DNA of 64,000 nucleotides from the human T2T-CHM13v2.0 reference genome, Homo sapiens. Position numbers and translations under genes: made by a program. Under the pieces are notes generated by a model. The model was not told where the DNA came from, made no database searches, and was given only the letters and a program-made list of their open reading frames with translations. Within the stretch, counting starts at the first letter, position 1. Each line of letters starts with the position of its first letter. Location of the stretch: NCBI RefSeq assembly GCF_009914755.1, contig NC_060947.1, one strand, 5' to 3'. Positions 16,161 to 33,687 of this stretch are shown piece by piece.

Positions 16161-16375
16161 TGAGAGGGCTTTAGTACCTGGCCCAAGATTATGAGGGTAA
16201 CAGCAGTCAAAACTAGATCCCAAACCCATCTTCTGACTCCTAATCCAGGTTTACCCATCACCATACTAGCTCTGCAACTAAAATATACAAATACTGATAA
16301 ATAAAACCAACATAATTTCTTACAAGGTACTCATCAATACAAAAATTCAAGCTATTGTACTCTGAAGTATATATA

Positions 16376-16673
<298 letters not shown>

Positions 16674-17359
16674 TGAAGTATCTTTTAACACCAAATCCCT
16701 GACACTCTAATGAAAGTAACTTCTTGAATTGGTTGTGTGTCAAATACACAGTAGGGAAAAATTTCTTGGTAGCAAGGGATTGCCCTTAGGAACTGCCCTT
16801 AAAATTATATTTAAGTGTAAGGACCCATTTGCTAAGTAAAGAATCTGAACCTCAGACTAAGCTGCTGGACTACAAACTGCTACTCATTTCTGGGCTAAGG
16901 TGCGTCTTGTAGCCCAGGTATTAGAAAAATGTAAAGAGCAAGAAAAAGAAATGGCAAAGTCTACTATTAAGAAGGAGGTAGAATAAAGGATATGAATAAT
17001 ATCTGCATGTCTTGAGGCCTTTCCTATGGGTAGGTAACACAACTAAGAAACAATTATCACAATAGAATGACATGTCACCAGAAATCATCTTTGGGATTCA
17101 TGCTATAGGATTACATTATAGGTAGAACTTCTATTACACCAAGGTACACGTAACTGTAATTTCTTATCAGGAGGGTCAAATATAAGCACAACTTATACTG
17201 GTATGACTGTACCCATGGTTTATGTGAGAATACGTGGTCTAATTATAGAGTTCATCAATTAATGGAGAAACTAAAATTAGAAGGGAACCAAAAGTCTACT
17301 TAAGAACCTATTTCAGAAAGCAAAATCCATATACATCCCACCTCAATTTATGTTAATCA

Positions 17360-17527
<168 letters not shown>

Positions 17528-17859
17528 TCAGAATACCATGTCAGATACAGTAACCAAAGATTCATAAAATATAATAGCATTACTAATTTTAGGGTAAATT
17601 GTGATCTTTATAACTATTACACCTAATCATTAAAGTAACCACTGTATTTAAGCTTAATATAAAGAATAAAATTTGAAATGCCATAATACTGTTTAAGTCA
17701 TTTTGACTCACCTATTAAAATTGAAGGTGAGGTTTTTCTCCTATTGATTGTATTGCTTCAAAAAAATAAAAATTCAAGAATGACCATAAAAAATAACAAT
17801 CCTGATCTTATTTCATCATGTGTAAAACCTAAGTCGACATGAATTTTTAACCTGAGATT

Positions 17860-18040
17860 TAAAGTACTGTCTATGTGCAAGGTACTTTATAAGCCTCTTA
17901 ATCTTCCCAACAATACCCTGAGGAATCTATTTTACAACCGAGGAAACTGAGGCTGGAACTCATTTAGTAAGCTTGCCCAAGGTCATCATAGCTAGTCAAT
18001 GGCAAAGCTGGGATTCTAATTCAGGTCTGTTTGACCCCCA
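17860..18040 (-). mobile_element. MIR
   Basis: TTTTACA..GAGGAAACTGAGGC...CTTGCCCAAGGTCA core. Confidence 0.7.
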
Positions 18041-19241
18041 CATTTATGCAGCATCTATAGAAATGGAAACATCTTAACTCAGGTTTTAAACTACATTTAC
18101 GAGCAGAGTGAAATTTTTAAAGACTGAAAGAAATGACTCCAGAAACCATGTTGCATTTTCAGAATAGAAAGAAACATCTTACTCTAGGCTTTAAACTTCA
18201 CTGACTAGCAATGAGTGTGGGGAAAAAAGTTTTAATTAGAATATCCAAATGCCTTAATAATATGCTTTTATTTTAGGAGGGAGAGAAAAAAATCTCTGAA
18301 ACCAATTTGAAAATGCAACCAGGATCATAACTCATTTAAAAATCTTTAGCTACAAAATCCATATATTTTTAAGTGAAATAATGAAAACGTTACTCAATTA
18401 CAATTCATATTGACTTCAGAAAGCTCTACTATTAAATCAGAAACTGAGAGCCTGGGTATGGGAAGGTAGTGATATAAAAAAGAAAGGGTTAAAAATAGAC
18501 AACACCATAGCCCTCTGCTTGAGACAAAATAGAGCATACTCCTGATTTCCACACAATGTTAAAAACACAAGCATAGAGAACCTAATCTTCTCAATACTAA
18601 TATTCAGCCACAAAGCACTTATCTCATAAATATTACTTAAGTTCATTCATTTACTTCTCTATTTAATAAACACTGTAGCACTGATTACCTGGCAGTTACG
18701 GGTGTTGAAAAAGTAAGTCAGAAAAACAGAAACACATTCAACAAATAAAAATTAATTCAGCTCAAATACATTTTTAAAAATTGCTGATTTTATATTTGCC
18801 TCAATGTATTCATAATACTCTCCTCACATATCTCAAACACGGTCTGAACAAATTTTCCTAAAAGCTGCAGGTCGATACTTTAAAATCCATTTTAGTGATG
18901 GAAAAAATAGATGTAGTAATTGTTCCTATCTTTAGACTAGTGGTACACAGAGTTACTACTTCTGTGTATACACAATGTTTTTCACTTTCAAACCCTACCT
19001 TTGGAAAGAAATGCAGAGAACATAAATTTTTCTTCAAATATTCCTTCCAAATGAGTTTCATGAATACAGTATAAATCTAATTATAAATCTTATTTGAGCA
19101 TAAAAAGATCACTATTGCTACCTGCATTTCTAGGCATTGGATAATGTGGCCTACTGAAGCATAAAAATAAAAATCCCAGCAATGCCAAGGCTCGCTATGC
19201 ACCTGAAATAAATAAACCTCTTTAGAATACAAATTTCTCAC

Positions 19242-19263
19242 CTGCAAAATCCGGATCAATCAT
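19242..19263 (-). CDS. CUL4B: CUL4B alternative short first coding segment MIDPDFA(D), N-terminally truncated isoform
   Basis: ATG ATT GAT CCG GAT TTT GCA G|gtgaga. Phase 1, in frame with the exon at 17502. Matches my recollection of a short CUL4B isoform start. Confidence 0.72.
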
Positions 19264-19525
19264 ACCGATTGTCAGTGTTATAAGGAATAACAGATTAAAT
19301 ACAATAGGTTGAAAAAGACCTCAAAATACTGCACAGAAACACCCGGTGTATGCTTCAGCACAAGGATCCTAACCACCCCCGGAAAATGAACCCTCCACCA
19401 AAAAAGGACCTCCCCTCCACCTCATTGATTATGCATAAAACATTAGGCCACCTCCAAACTGTTTAATATATTAACATAAATAGAGCACGTGACCCCTCGA
19501 GTGTCAAATCCTTATTAGGTGATTA

Positions 19526-20140
<615 letters not shown>

Positions 20141-20299
20141 CTACGTTTATATGCCTGCGTGCGTGTAGGAGAGAAGGTAGCAATGCTAGAGGGGGAAGGG
20201 AAGAAAGAAGAGAGGAGAAACACAGAGGACGAGAAGGAAAGTGAAGGGGGGGGCTACACCGGGGGAATGGGAGGGTTTGGGAAGGCGGATAGGCTGACA

Positions 20300-21150
20300 C
20301 CAGGAGTGAGCAGAACGAGGGGGGAGAGCGAATGAGGAGGCAGACAGGTAAACGGCCGTGCCGTCCCCCTCCCCTGCTTTTCGATCTCTCTCCCCCCCTT
20401 TCTGCAGGAGCGACTCAGCGAGTCTGTGAGGCTGCAGCTCCTCCTCCTTTTCTCCCTCTCCCTGGGAGGGGAGAGGCTGTGGTTGGGGGAAAGGGGGAGG
20501 GGGAAAGAACCAGGGCTTGTTATTGTCAATAGCACAAGAGGCTAAAGATGGCGCCATTTCCGGTCACGCGGCGCCGAGGGAGGGGCGGTGTCAACCTCAG
20601 GGAGTGGGGGTGAGGGAAGCGCTGCAGCCGCCCGGGGGGCGGGGGAGCTCGCGCGTGAGGGGGCGGCTGGAAAGGGGCGGCTAAAGTGCCCCAGACGCTC
20701 GCGCTAGTTCGCTCCTGCTCCCGCTCCCCTTCGCGATCCCCTTTCCTGGCAGCGCCTTCCTTCCCTGGCCCACCGGGAACTCCCACTCCCTCCTTAACGG
20801 TCCCGCGGGAAGCTTCGCGCCGCAGCGCCCTTACCGGAAGTGACTGGGCAGACACTTTTCATAGCGCCCAGATCCCGAAGCCCCCAGGTCCGCAGGACTT
20901 GAGTGGGGGGGGGAAGGGGGGAGGGAGAAATTGGGGGGAAGAAAAGTGGATAGGAGGAGGGGGCGGGCCTTCGAGACACCTTCGGAGCTCCTGATTGGAG
21001 CTTTCTGAAGGCGAGGGGGTGGGGGGGGTGGCGGGAGGAGCGGGAAGGAGCCTCGGGGGAGGGAAGGTAGTGACGGCGAGGGGCGGAGTGAGCTAGCTGG
21101 GAAAACGGAGGAGGAGGAAGAGGAGGAGAGAGGGAGGGACGGAATAAAAC
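20300..21150. promoter_or_regulatory. CUL4B: CpG-island promoter region of CUL4B (proximal)
   Basis: High GC and CpG content, GC boxes (GGGCGG), YY1-type AAGATGGCG / CGCCATTT palindrome at 20545-20559, ETS-like TTCCGG, many G-runs. Confidence 0.85.
20835..20862 (-). CDS. CUL4B: CUL4B alternative first coding segment MKSVCPVTS(G)
   Basis: ATG AAA AGT GTC TGC CCA GTC ACT TCC G|gtaagg. Strong donor, phase 1, joins the acceptor at 20088 to give MKSVCPVTSGFSSPSP. Confidence 0.8.
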
Positions 21151-22689
21151 GTAAGGGTCCGGGAGAATAGAAACTTTGAAAGAGATGAAAGAATAAGGAG
21201 TGGTTGCAAGGCTAGGGGAGTAACCCTAAATAGAGGAAAACATAATCATGCCATTATGCCCGCTGCTGGAGAGGAATGTCCCTATGTTAAGATAGGAAAG
21301 GAGAAGAAAACGAGCTAAGATAGGAAGAAAAGGACTTTTTAATTCGGTGCCGGTATAAATTGTTTCTCTTTTATCTCAAGGCACCACAGACCCAAGGCTG
21401 AATAAGGCCTGAATTTTGATGCCTTTCTCTTTCATGTAGCTGTAAATCCTTTTATCTTACTACCAGGAGCATTTTCTAAGCTGGCTGGCCAAATTAAGTG
21501 TGTATTCTAAGGCGAAGAAATGGAAAGGTAACTAACCCCTCACCCACCCAGCACTATGCCCAGGATCGTCCTAACCCCCACTCTATCAGTCCTTAACTCA
21601 GTAATTTATAGACCCAACAAAGCTAAGACCCACTTCCTTCTTTTGCCAAATCTCAGTTTACACGCTGTCCCAAAGGAGACATTTTAGAACCATATCGGCA
21701 AAAGTCAGTGTTTTCTACTAATGTGTTTCATGACCCCATGCTTTACAATTGATTATTGATTTAAAAAATCTTTAAGTTTGGTTAAATTAGCAACAATAAA
21801 CCTTGTAAATTCCCTGTTGGGAGTTTTTACTTAACCTTGGGGCATTCTCAGAGGGAGGTAACACAATATCAAAAACTAAATTTGCCAACCTGTTGATCAT
21901 TCTAACTGCAAAAGCATTCAGTTAGCATGTATGGTAAGACTATGCAAGGTCTCTGCCCTTGAGAAGCCAGTAGGGGAAGATAGTTTCAAAACTAATTTCC
22001 ATAACAATAATATGACATATATACAAAGTGCTGTCAGAAGAGGCAAAACAAGAAATTTGGGAGAAATCTGGAATAGGAAGAGTTCTACAGAGATTATGTT
22101 TATGCTGTGTCTCAAAGTGGGAGTTGCCAAAAAGAGAAGAGGGAACAGGATGAAAGGCATTCTGGGGAACGGAAACAAGGGCAAAGCAAGGAGTGAAAGG
22201 GCCAGGCCTGTTTATGGAAACATGGAAAGTGCAGTGAGGCTGGGAAGTAGGATGTCTGGCTGGGAGTAAGGAAGATGAGGCTCAAAAGTGCCTGGCACAC
22301 CAAGCCAAGAATTTGGAGTCTACTCTGTAGGCGATCATAGATAGCAGGGAGACAATCCAGCAAGCAGAGCTTTTACAAACCAGGGGTGACAGGATTGTGA
22401 GTGGAGTAAAAGCAGCTTGTATGGTATACCTTGTGATAGGTGAATCAGAACCCTGCAAATAAATCAACTTTCTAACTTTGTTTAAACAGGCCCACTTGTT
22501 TTTGTGTCTTGAAAAGTCCCTGATTAAAATGCAAATCAACCTTTGGCATTATTAGACAATATCATTGCTATTTGATGACAGCCTGCTGAAAGCAAGGCTC
22601 TAATGGAACTTAGAACCGCTGAGAAGGGAGATGGGGGCCTGAAAGGAGACAGATGGAAGCACTCCTATCTGTTTTGAATATACCACATA

Positions 22690-22970
22690 GTTTTTTTCAT
22701 TTTGTTTTGTTTTGAAGACAGAATCTTGCTGTGTCGCCCAGGCTGGACTGCAGTGGTGTAATCTTGGCTCACTGCAACCTCTGCCTCCCGGGTTCAAGCG
22801 ATTCTTGTGCGTCAGCCTTCTTGAGTACCTGGGACTACAGGCATGTATCACTACGCCTGCTAATTTTTTTTGTATTTTTAGTAGAGTCAGGGTTTTGCCA
22901 TGTTGGCCAGGCTGGTCTCGAACTCCTGGCCTCAAGTGATCCGCCTGCCTCAGCCTCCCAAAGTGCTGGG
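22690..22970 (-). mobile_element. Alu
   Basis: Dimer on the minus strand. Confidence 0.9.
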
Positions 22971-23443
22971 CCTACCATATAGTTCTTGCTGCCCAAATAG
23001 AAACAGTAAACTCTTAAGGCCAGGAAAGACACCTTAATACATTGAACTTTCCTTTATCGTGTCTCACAGTTCACAAAATGCTGAACCACTGTAAATGCAG
23101 GGTAAATGCTTATTGAATTGAGTATTTCATTGCATGTGAATAAAATAATGCTGTGTCTTTATAAGGGAGGATTAACTGACTCATTTTCAGGATTTAATGA
23201 ACAAGGTTGTTCTAATTCATGTAGTTAAAATCTTTAGGAGGGTATATGAAGTGCTAGCCATTTTAAAAAATTACAAATATTAGTGCAACTGAAAGGGAAT
23301 GGACATAAAGATAAGAGAAAGCTGCTTTTGCCATACAAAGATAAACTTTTCTACTAACCTAAATGATAGCTGAGTCCTGTTAATATTTAACTACATTCTA
23401 GTAATAATAGTTCCCTATCTCACATGGTTATCTAAGCCCTTCA

Positions 23444-24083
<640 letters not shown>

Positions 24084-24864
24084 CCTTCCAAGTTGGTTTG
24101 TAAAATATCTTTTACATCAAGAACCAACTAATTGAGGCTAGTTGAAGAACATAAGCGTATATTCTGTACACCCAAATGTTTGCCAATCAACGTTAAACAC
24201 ATTCTCAACATTAAAATACATTTTCAAGGTTGAACTCACGGGAGCCACACTAATCAAGATGTGTAATGTAGGACACCATACAATTATAGCCATTATCAGA
24301 CTAAACCAGACTGGGCACTTAACACATATTCCATATTTAGGATCTTTCATCTTGTGAGTTCAACTCATACCTTAGAAACATTAATTAAACTTTACAATGT
24401 TGCCACATGAAGTGTAGTTATTATTGGCCACCTTTAACCAAGCTGTTTATAAAGGTAAGTATATGTGTAAAGGAAGAAATACAAACAAAGACAGGGAGCT
24501 AGCTTTTACAATGTCAATTCCTTTATTTCTGTGGACATCTCCCTAAAAAGGCAGAGTGTAACCCATTTCCCCTTTTTGATCACAGGGATTCCCCAGGGTG
24601 CTTGGGGAATCAAGATGTGTAATGTAGGACGCCATACAGTTATAGCCATCTGGGGTGCTTTAGGTCCTCTCCAGATATCTCATACCAGTGGCTTGCCACT
24701 AGACAGACACTCCTGGAAGCCTTCCTATCCAATGGGTGGGATTTTCCTTAGGAATGGGAGAGACTGCTTGCCCAGGAGAATCTGAAGATGTTTCTGAGAA
24801 TGCATTAAAAAAACACAAACAACAACAAAAAGCAAAAACCAAAACAAAACAAAACAGAAAAAAC

Positions 24865-25490
<626 letters not shown>

Positions 25491-25805
25491 CAGGCAGTCC
25501 ATTTTCTTCATCCACTTTTCTGAAGGATCATCTTTGAAGCAGGAAAGTACAGAGAAGGCAAACTAAGCAATGCTGAGATAGTAAAGATTGTATCATAATA
25601 AGGGCTTTGTTATGCTATCAACACCAATGGGCTGCTGAGGAGGCCAAAGCTCAAGCAAAAATAATCCAACTACACAATGTGAATTCATCAGTTTCCCATC
25701 CTGAGATTGCTATATAAAAGCAAGGAAAGTAATAACATGTGCTGAACCTATGTGCTAAGTAAAATGTAAATAGATAACAGATTTCATATGTATGTGTGTG
25801 TGTAT

Positions 25806-25808
<3 letters not shown>

Positions 25809-25868
<60 letters not shown>
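25809..25868. repeat. (TA)n microsatellite at an Alu tail
   Basis: About 25 pure TA units preceded by TG repeats. Confidence 0.95.
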
Positions 25869-25869
<1 letters not shown>

Positions 25870-25874
25870 TTGGG

Positions 25875-26165
<291 letters not shown>

Positions 26166-26586
26166 AAATTTCATATTTTTAGCAAAATTGTTTATCTTAC
26201 ATCGCCTGAAGTTACTGACTTGGTACATCAACCATTCAAGCACTTCGTTCCTTAGCTCAGAGATTTTATCTGTCATACCTGTGAACCATCTGGAAAGCAG
26301 ATTTAAGGACTAAAAGTTAGAGATAGGCTGTTTTCCCTGAGGGTTTGGGAGTGGGGAGCCAGAGCAGCCACAGATGACTTCTCCCTTGGGTGCTGCCAAG
26401 GACTTGCTTATGGAGTTGCTGGGCCTATATATATATTTGGCGAGCTGATGTGCCATGGCATGGGCCTATTTTTAACATTCTGTTTACTTTATCGATGTCT
26501 CTCAAAGTCCCTCCAACCCCACCCTGCTCAATGTTTGATCTAATGGCATTCAGCTTTTCTTTTTCTCACAGACAAGGCCAATTTAG

Positions 26587-26946
<360 letters not shown>

Positions 26947-26999
26947 TAGGAGTTTTTTTTGTTTTTTAATCTTTACCCAGGTCCAAACCTAGTCAGTCC

Positions 27000-27400
27000 A
27001 ATTCAATCAGAATCTCTGTGAGGAGGACCTCAATTATCAGTATTTTTAAGAAGCTCTTGGCCAGGTGCGGTGGCTCATGCCTGTGCCTGTAATCCCAGCA
27101 CTTTGGGAGGCCGAGGCAGGAGTATTGCTTGAAGCCAGGAGTTCAAGACCAGCCTGGTCAACAAAGCGAGACCCTGTCTCTATCGAAAAAAAAAAAAAAA
27201 AATTAGCTGTATGTGCTGGCATATCCCAGCACTTTGGGATGCTGAGGTGGGAGGATTGCTTGAGCCCAGGAGTTCCAGCTGCAGTGAGCTATGATGGTGC
27301 CAATGCACTCCAGCCTGGGTGACAAAGTAAGACTCTGAAGAAAAAAAAAAAAAACAGCTCTCCAGGAAATTCTACATACCTCCAAGTTTGAGAAACCATA
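27000..27400 (+). mobile_element. MER5-like hAT MITE interrupted by an AluJ-like element (27059-27354)
   Basis: AATCAGAATCTCTG...TTTTTAAGAAGCTC, then Alu, then CAGCTCTCCAGG...AAGTTTGAGAAACCA. Confidence 0.75.
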
Positions 27401-28820
27401 GTTGTAGATGAAGTAAGTATGTCTTGTGATTTGAATGGGGCTGATAAGCACTTGTATTCCGTTTAATGCCTGAAATTTCATGATTATTTATTCACTCATT
27501 TGGATAACACATTGCCTCCTTCTCTAGGAATCCTTTTTTAAAGTGCAAATTAGCCAAGGAGTCTTAGTTCCTAACCCTTTAAGGTGAATGCCTCTTGGAG
27601 GAAAAAAGCTAATAGGAAAGTCCTAGGAGACTGGAGGTAAACAGAACTAGAAGAAGCCACTGCAATAGGGAGTGGTGAGAGGTGAGGTTACCAACCAGGA
27701 AGGAAAGATTTCTGAGAGTACATTTTGCTGACCTCACAGTATTGCCTAGGGCCAATCCTGCTTTTTGATGACTGCATATTTAAAACCTAATCAAGTTTGA
27801 CAGCTTATCTAAGCTGCCAAAATCATACTAAAAGAAAATTTAAATATTTTTTATAAGCAAAGCAGAGAGCAGACATTGGGTATGTAGGTTTAGAGCTATC
27901 CCTAAATGCCCAACTTTTAAATTATCACTCACCTCAGGGAAGTTTCTATTACCAAGTCATGTATTTTTCCTGCTTCTATTACTAAATGTCCTTTATTCCC
28001 ACCAACAGCATTATTTCTCTCTCCAATTCCTTTGGTCATTCAACAAAAATATATTGAGCAAATACTCTCAGCAACGCATGGTGCTAGATGCCGTGAGGGA
28101 ATACAGAATAACACAAAATTCAATTTGTAGTTGATTTCACAGTTTTTCAAAGCACTTTCACATACAATCTTATTTTATCCTGATAAACACACTGTGAGAT
28201 AGATCAAGTACCATCCCCACTGTACAGATAAGAAGTAGGCTCAGCAAAGGAAGTTAAAATTATTTGCTAAAGTCACAAAGCACACAGACCTAAGTCCAGT
28301 TCTTCACAGACTCCAAATACAGCACTTCCCATAGTTTACAATTTCGTAAGGAGACTTGCCATAAAATAGTCTCAAGTAGTAGACATGTTAGAAAAAGACG
28401 TTCAGAGCCCCACTCACCAAGAGAAAAAAATGAAGAATAAGAAAATAACTCTTTTATTGAGATAAGCTAAATCAAAATGCCCAAAAGGAGACCAAGCTTG
28501 CATGCAGTTCAGGCCACCATCAAGCAGGTAGGACAAAACAGCCGGCAATGCACATTTAAGGATATGGTGGCAATCTTGTTCTAGAGAATCAGTCTATTCT
28601 CTGGCTGGACCCTCAGCCAGTGGCTGATCTTCACAAGAGGTAGAAACTGGCTGCTTCTCCTGGCCAAATCCAGGAAAACAGTGAAGGAACCCTGCCGGCA
28701 GACCCATCATGTTCTACTCCCTTAGTATACAAAGACAACCCTTGCCCTCCATTCTCAATTGGCAATGTAGGTTTAGAGCTATCCCTAAATGCCCAACTTT
28801 TAAATTATCACTCACCTTAG

Positions 28821-29127
<307 letters not shown>

Positions 29128-29796
29128 GGGAAGTTTCTATTACCAAGTAATATATTTGGTGGGTAAGGCAGACAATTACAAGACAGAGTGACAAAGGCCA
29201 CTATGAGAACGCAGAGGTGGGACACCTGGCCCAGCCTAGGAGGGTGAGGTGGGGTGCAGTGGAGGAAGGGAATTAAGAATAGCTTCCAGAGAAAGAAATC
29301 CAATTTAAATCCCCGAGAGTGAGTGGGAATTAGCCAGGCAAAGGGAGTGAAAGGGAGCAGGGGGCATAAAGAAGGAAGATAGGAAGCACATTTAAATCCT
29401 AAAGGAAGAGAGAGTAAGGCACATTCAGGACATTGCAAGGAGACTAGTTATTAGAGTGTAACTTCAGTCCTAACCAGAAACTCTGAAGAGCTAATGAAGG
29501 AAATGAAGGCAGCATCCCAATCTCAAGTCTGGTACAGCAATCTTAGGCCTCTTAGCACCAAATCTTACTCAAATACCCTACTTGCTGTTGGAGCTGTGGC
29601 TACAGATAACACTTCTTGCCTTGAGCCACACTGGTTCAGGAATTGGATTTACAAGTCAGGCTCACTCTTAGATATAGGAGGTGAGAATCACAAAGCGGGA
29701 GAATAGGGTTTGACACGTGCAAAGTAAGACAAGGGCAGACTTGATAATAAGAACCACAATACTGGGCAACACTACAAAAATTCAGATAAACTACAG

Positions 29797-30020
29797 CAGG
29801 GTTTGGAAACCACAGCCCATGGACCAAACCCTGTCCTTTACCTGTTTTTGTAAATAAAGTTTTATTGGAACATTGCAATATTTATTTGCCTATGTATTTT
29901 CTGTGGCTGCTTTTATGCTAAAACAGCAGAGTTTAGAGTTTTGACAGAGACCGTATGGCCCACAGAGTCTAAAATAGTTCCTACTAGTTCCTTAACAGAA
30001 AAAAAAATTGCCAGTCCTTG
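29797..30020 (+). mobile_element. MER58A-like hAT-Charlie MITE
   Basis: CCTGTTTTTGTAAATAAAGTTTTATTGGAACA and ACAGAGACCGTATGGCCCAC hallmark segments. Confidence 0.85.
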
Positions 30021-30149
30021 CATTTGAATATACTAATTGTTAAAAACAGAGACATGGCACAAAGGAGAAAGTGATTTAGAACATGCTAAGGATTTTCTAT
30101 TCCTATTCTGCATGCAGACTTCAAAGGATGGCAAGAGAATATTCTTTGA

Positions 30150-30760
30150 TAAGAAAATGGCTAAATAAATTGTGGTATAGTCACATAATGAAATACTATA
30201 CAGCATTGAACAATGAATAAATTACAGCCATGTGCATAAGTCTCAAACAATGTTATGTGAAAAACACAAATCACCAAATAATACCTACAATTTGATAACT
30301 TTTTAAATAAAGCTCAAAAATAAGAAAAACTTGCAGATATATAATATGATAAAAGTATTAAAGTATAGAAGGAAAATAGCTGGGTGATATGGTATGCACC
30401 TGTAGTCCCAGCTACTTGGGAGGCTGAGGCAGGAGGATCGCTTGAGCCCAGGAGTTCGAGACTAGCCTGAGCAACACAGGGAGATAACAAAAAAAAGGGG
30501 GTGGGGTGGGGTGGGGGGAATAATTAATGTAAGATCTGGGATAGGAGATTGCTCTAGGGGAAGTATGGGAGGAAAATTTAGGGAAGGGGAATTTAGGTAA
30601 ATTCAAAAGCATCAGTAATGTTCTAGTTCTTACACACAGATGATAGATTCCTGGATGTTTATTTAATAATTATGCTCCATAAATTACACATCATACATCT
30701 TTTGTATGTATTAAAATTACACAAGTCGCCATAGTGTTTGCAGAAATTTTTAAAATTAAA
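30150..30760 (+). mobile_element. Old L1M 3' fragment containing an Alu monomer (30378-30496)
   Basis: AATAAATTGTGGTATA..CATAATGAAATACTATACAGC motif. Confidence 0.65.
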
Positions 30761-31153
30761 AAAACTAAAAGGTTTTTTTAAAAAAAGTTTCAAGACAGGA
30801 AGTGGTGACTTATTGAAGGCAGACCATGACAGTATGCAGAAAGAATAGCTGGCAGAGATAACAAATGACAACTAGGATTGATTTTTGTAACATTTAAGCA
30901 TACCTTGTGGATTTCTGGAAATTACTCAAGGGCGGGGGATGCACCCTCCAACCTGGTGGAAGAATGGACTCTCTATGGTCCACAATATGGGGGCTTAACG
31001 TTGTAACCTGTATATTAATCATACAAATCCAAACTTAATTTGTAGTATCAGGACAGTGAGATCTAGAGATCTATGGATTACTTGAAAAGGGGAACAGTGT
31101 GTGCAAAGACATGGAGGCATGAGAAAGATCATGGCCCATTTAGGCAACTGTTT

Positions 31154-31435
31154 ACAGGTGACCCTTGAACAATTGGGGTTTAAACTGTGATGGTCCATTT
31201 ATACACATATTTTTTCAATAAATACAGTCGGCCCTCTGCATGGGCGGGTTCCACATCAGCAATCAAGCAGGAATGGAAAATACAGGATTTGCAGGATTGG
31301 AAACCTGTAAAGGGAAGGCCAACTTTTTGTATCTGTGGGTTCCGCAGAGCTGACTGTGGGAGTTGAATATGCACCGATTTTGGTATCTGCAGGGTTCCTG
31401 GAGCCAGTTCCCTGCAGATACGTTGGAACAACCAT
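31154..31435 (+). mobile_element. TcMar-Tigger MITE (MER2/MER8-like)
   Basis: TA-CAGGTGACCCTTGAACAA...CAGTCGGCCCTC...TTTTGGTATCTG...GCAGATAC. Confidence 0.75.
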
Positions 31436-31649
31436 ATTACCATGCTGTGTGACTGATGTTCAGTAGGCCTGTGGAGGAATGATGAGAGATGAAGACAGAG
31501 AGGTGGGGTGGGTTCAGATCATGGCGAATATTGTATGTCATCCTCCAGAGTTTAGATTCTATCTAGTAGGTCATGGGTAACCACTGAAGGGCATCAAATA
31601 TGGAAGGGAGTAATATAACCAGAGGTACAGTTAGAAATGTCCAGGTCTT

Positions 31650-33150
<1,501 letters not shown>

Positions 33151-33273
33151 CAAAGTAAAAGCAGGAGTGCTCTCTTGACCACCATCCCCTGATCCCAGTT
33201 TTCTCTGGGAAAATTTGTTTCTACCTTGCTATTAAATTTTTTATTAATTGTTTCATTACGCTAGATGTTCTGA

Positions 33274-33630
<357 letters not shown>

Positions 33631-33687
33631 CTGAGGTATAATTTCATAAGAATTTACTCAAGCTTCCTAGACATGTTGTTAACAATA

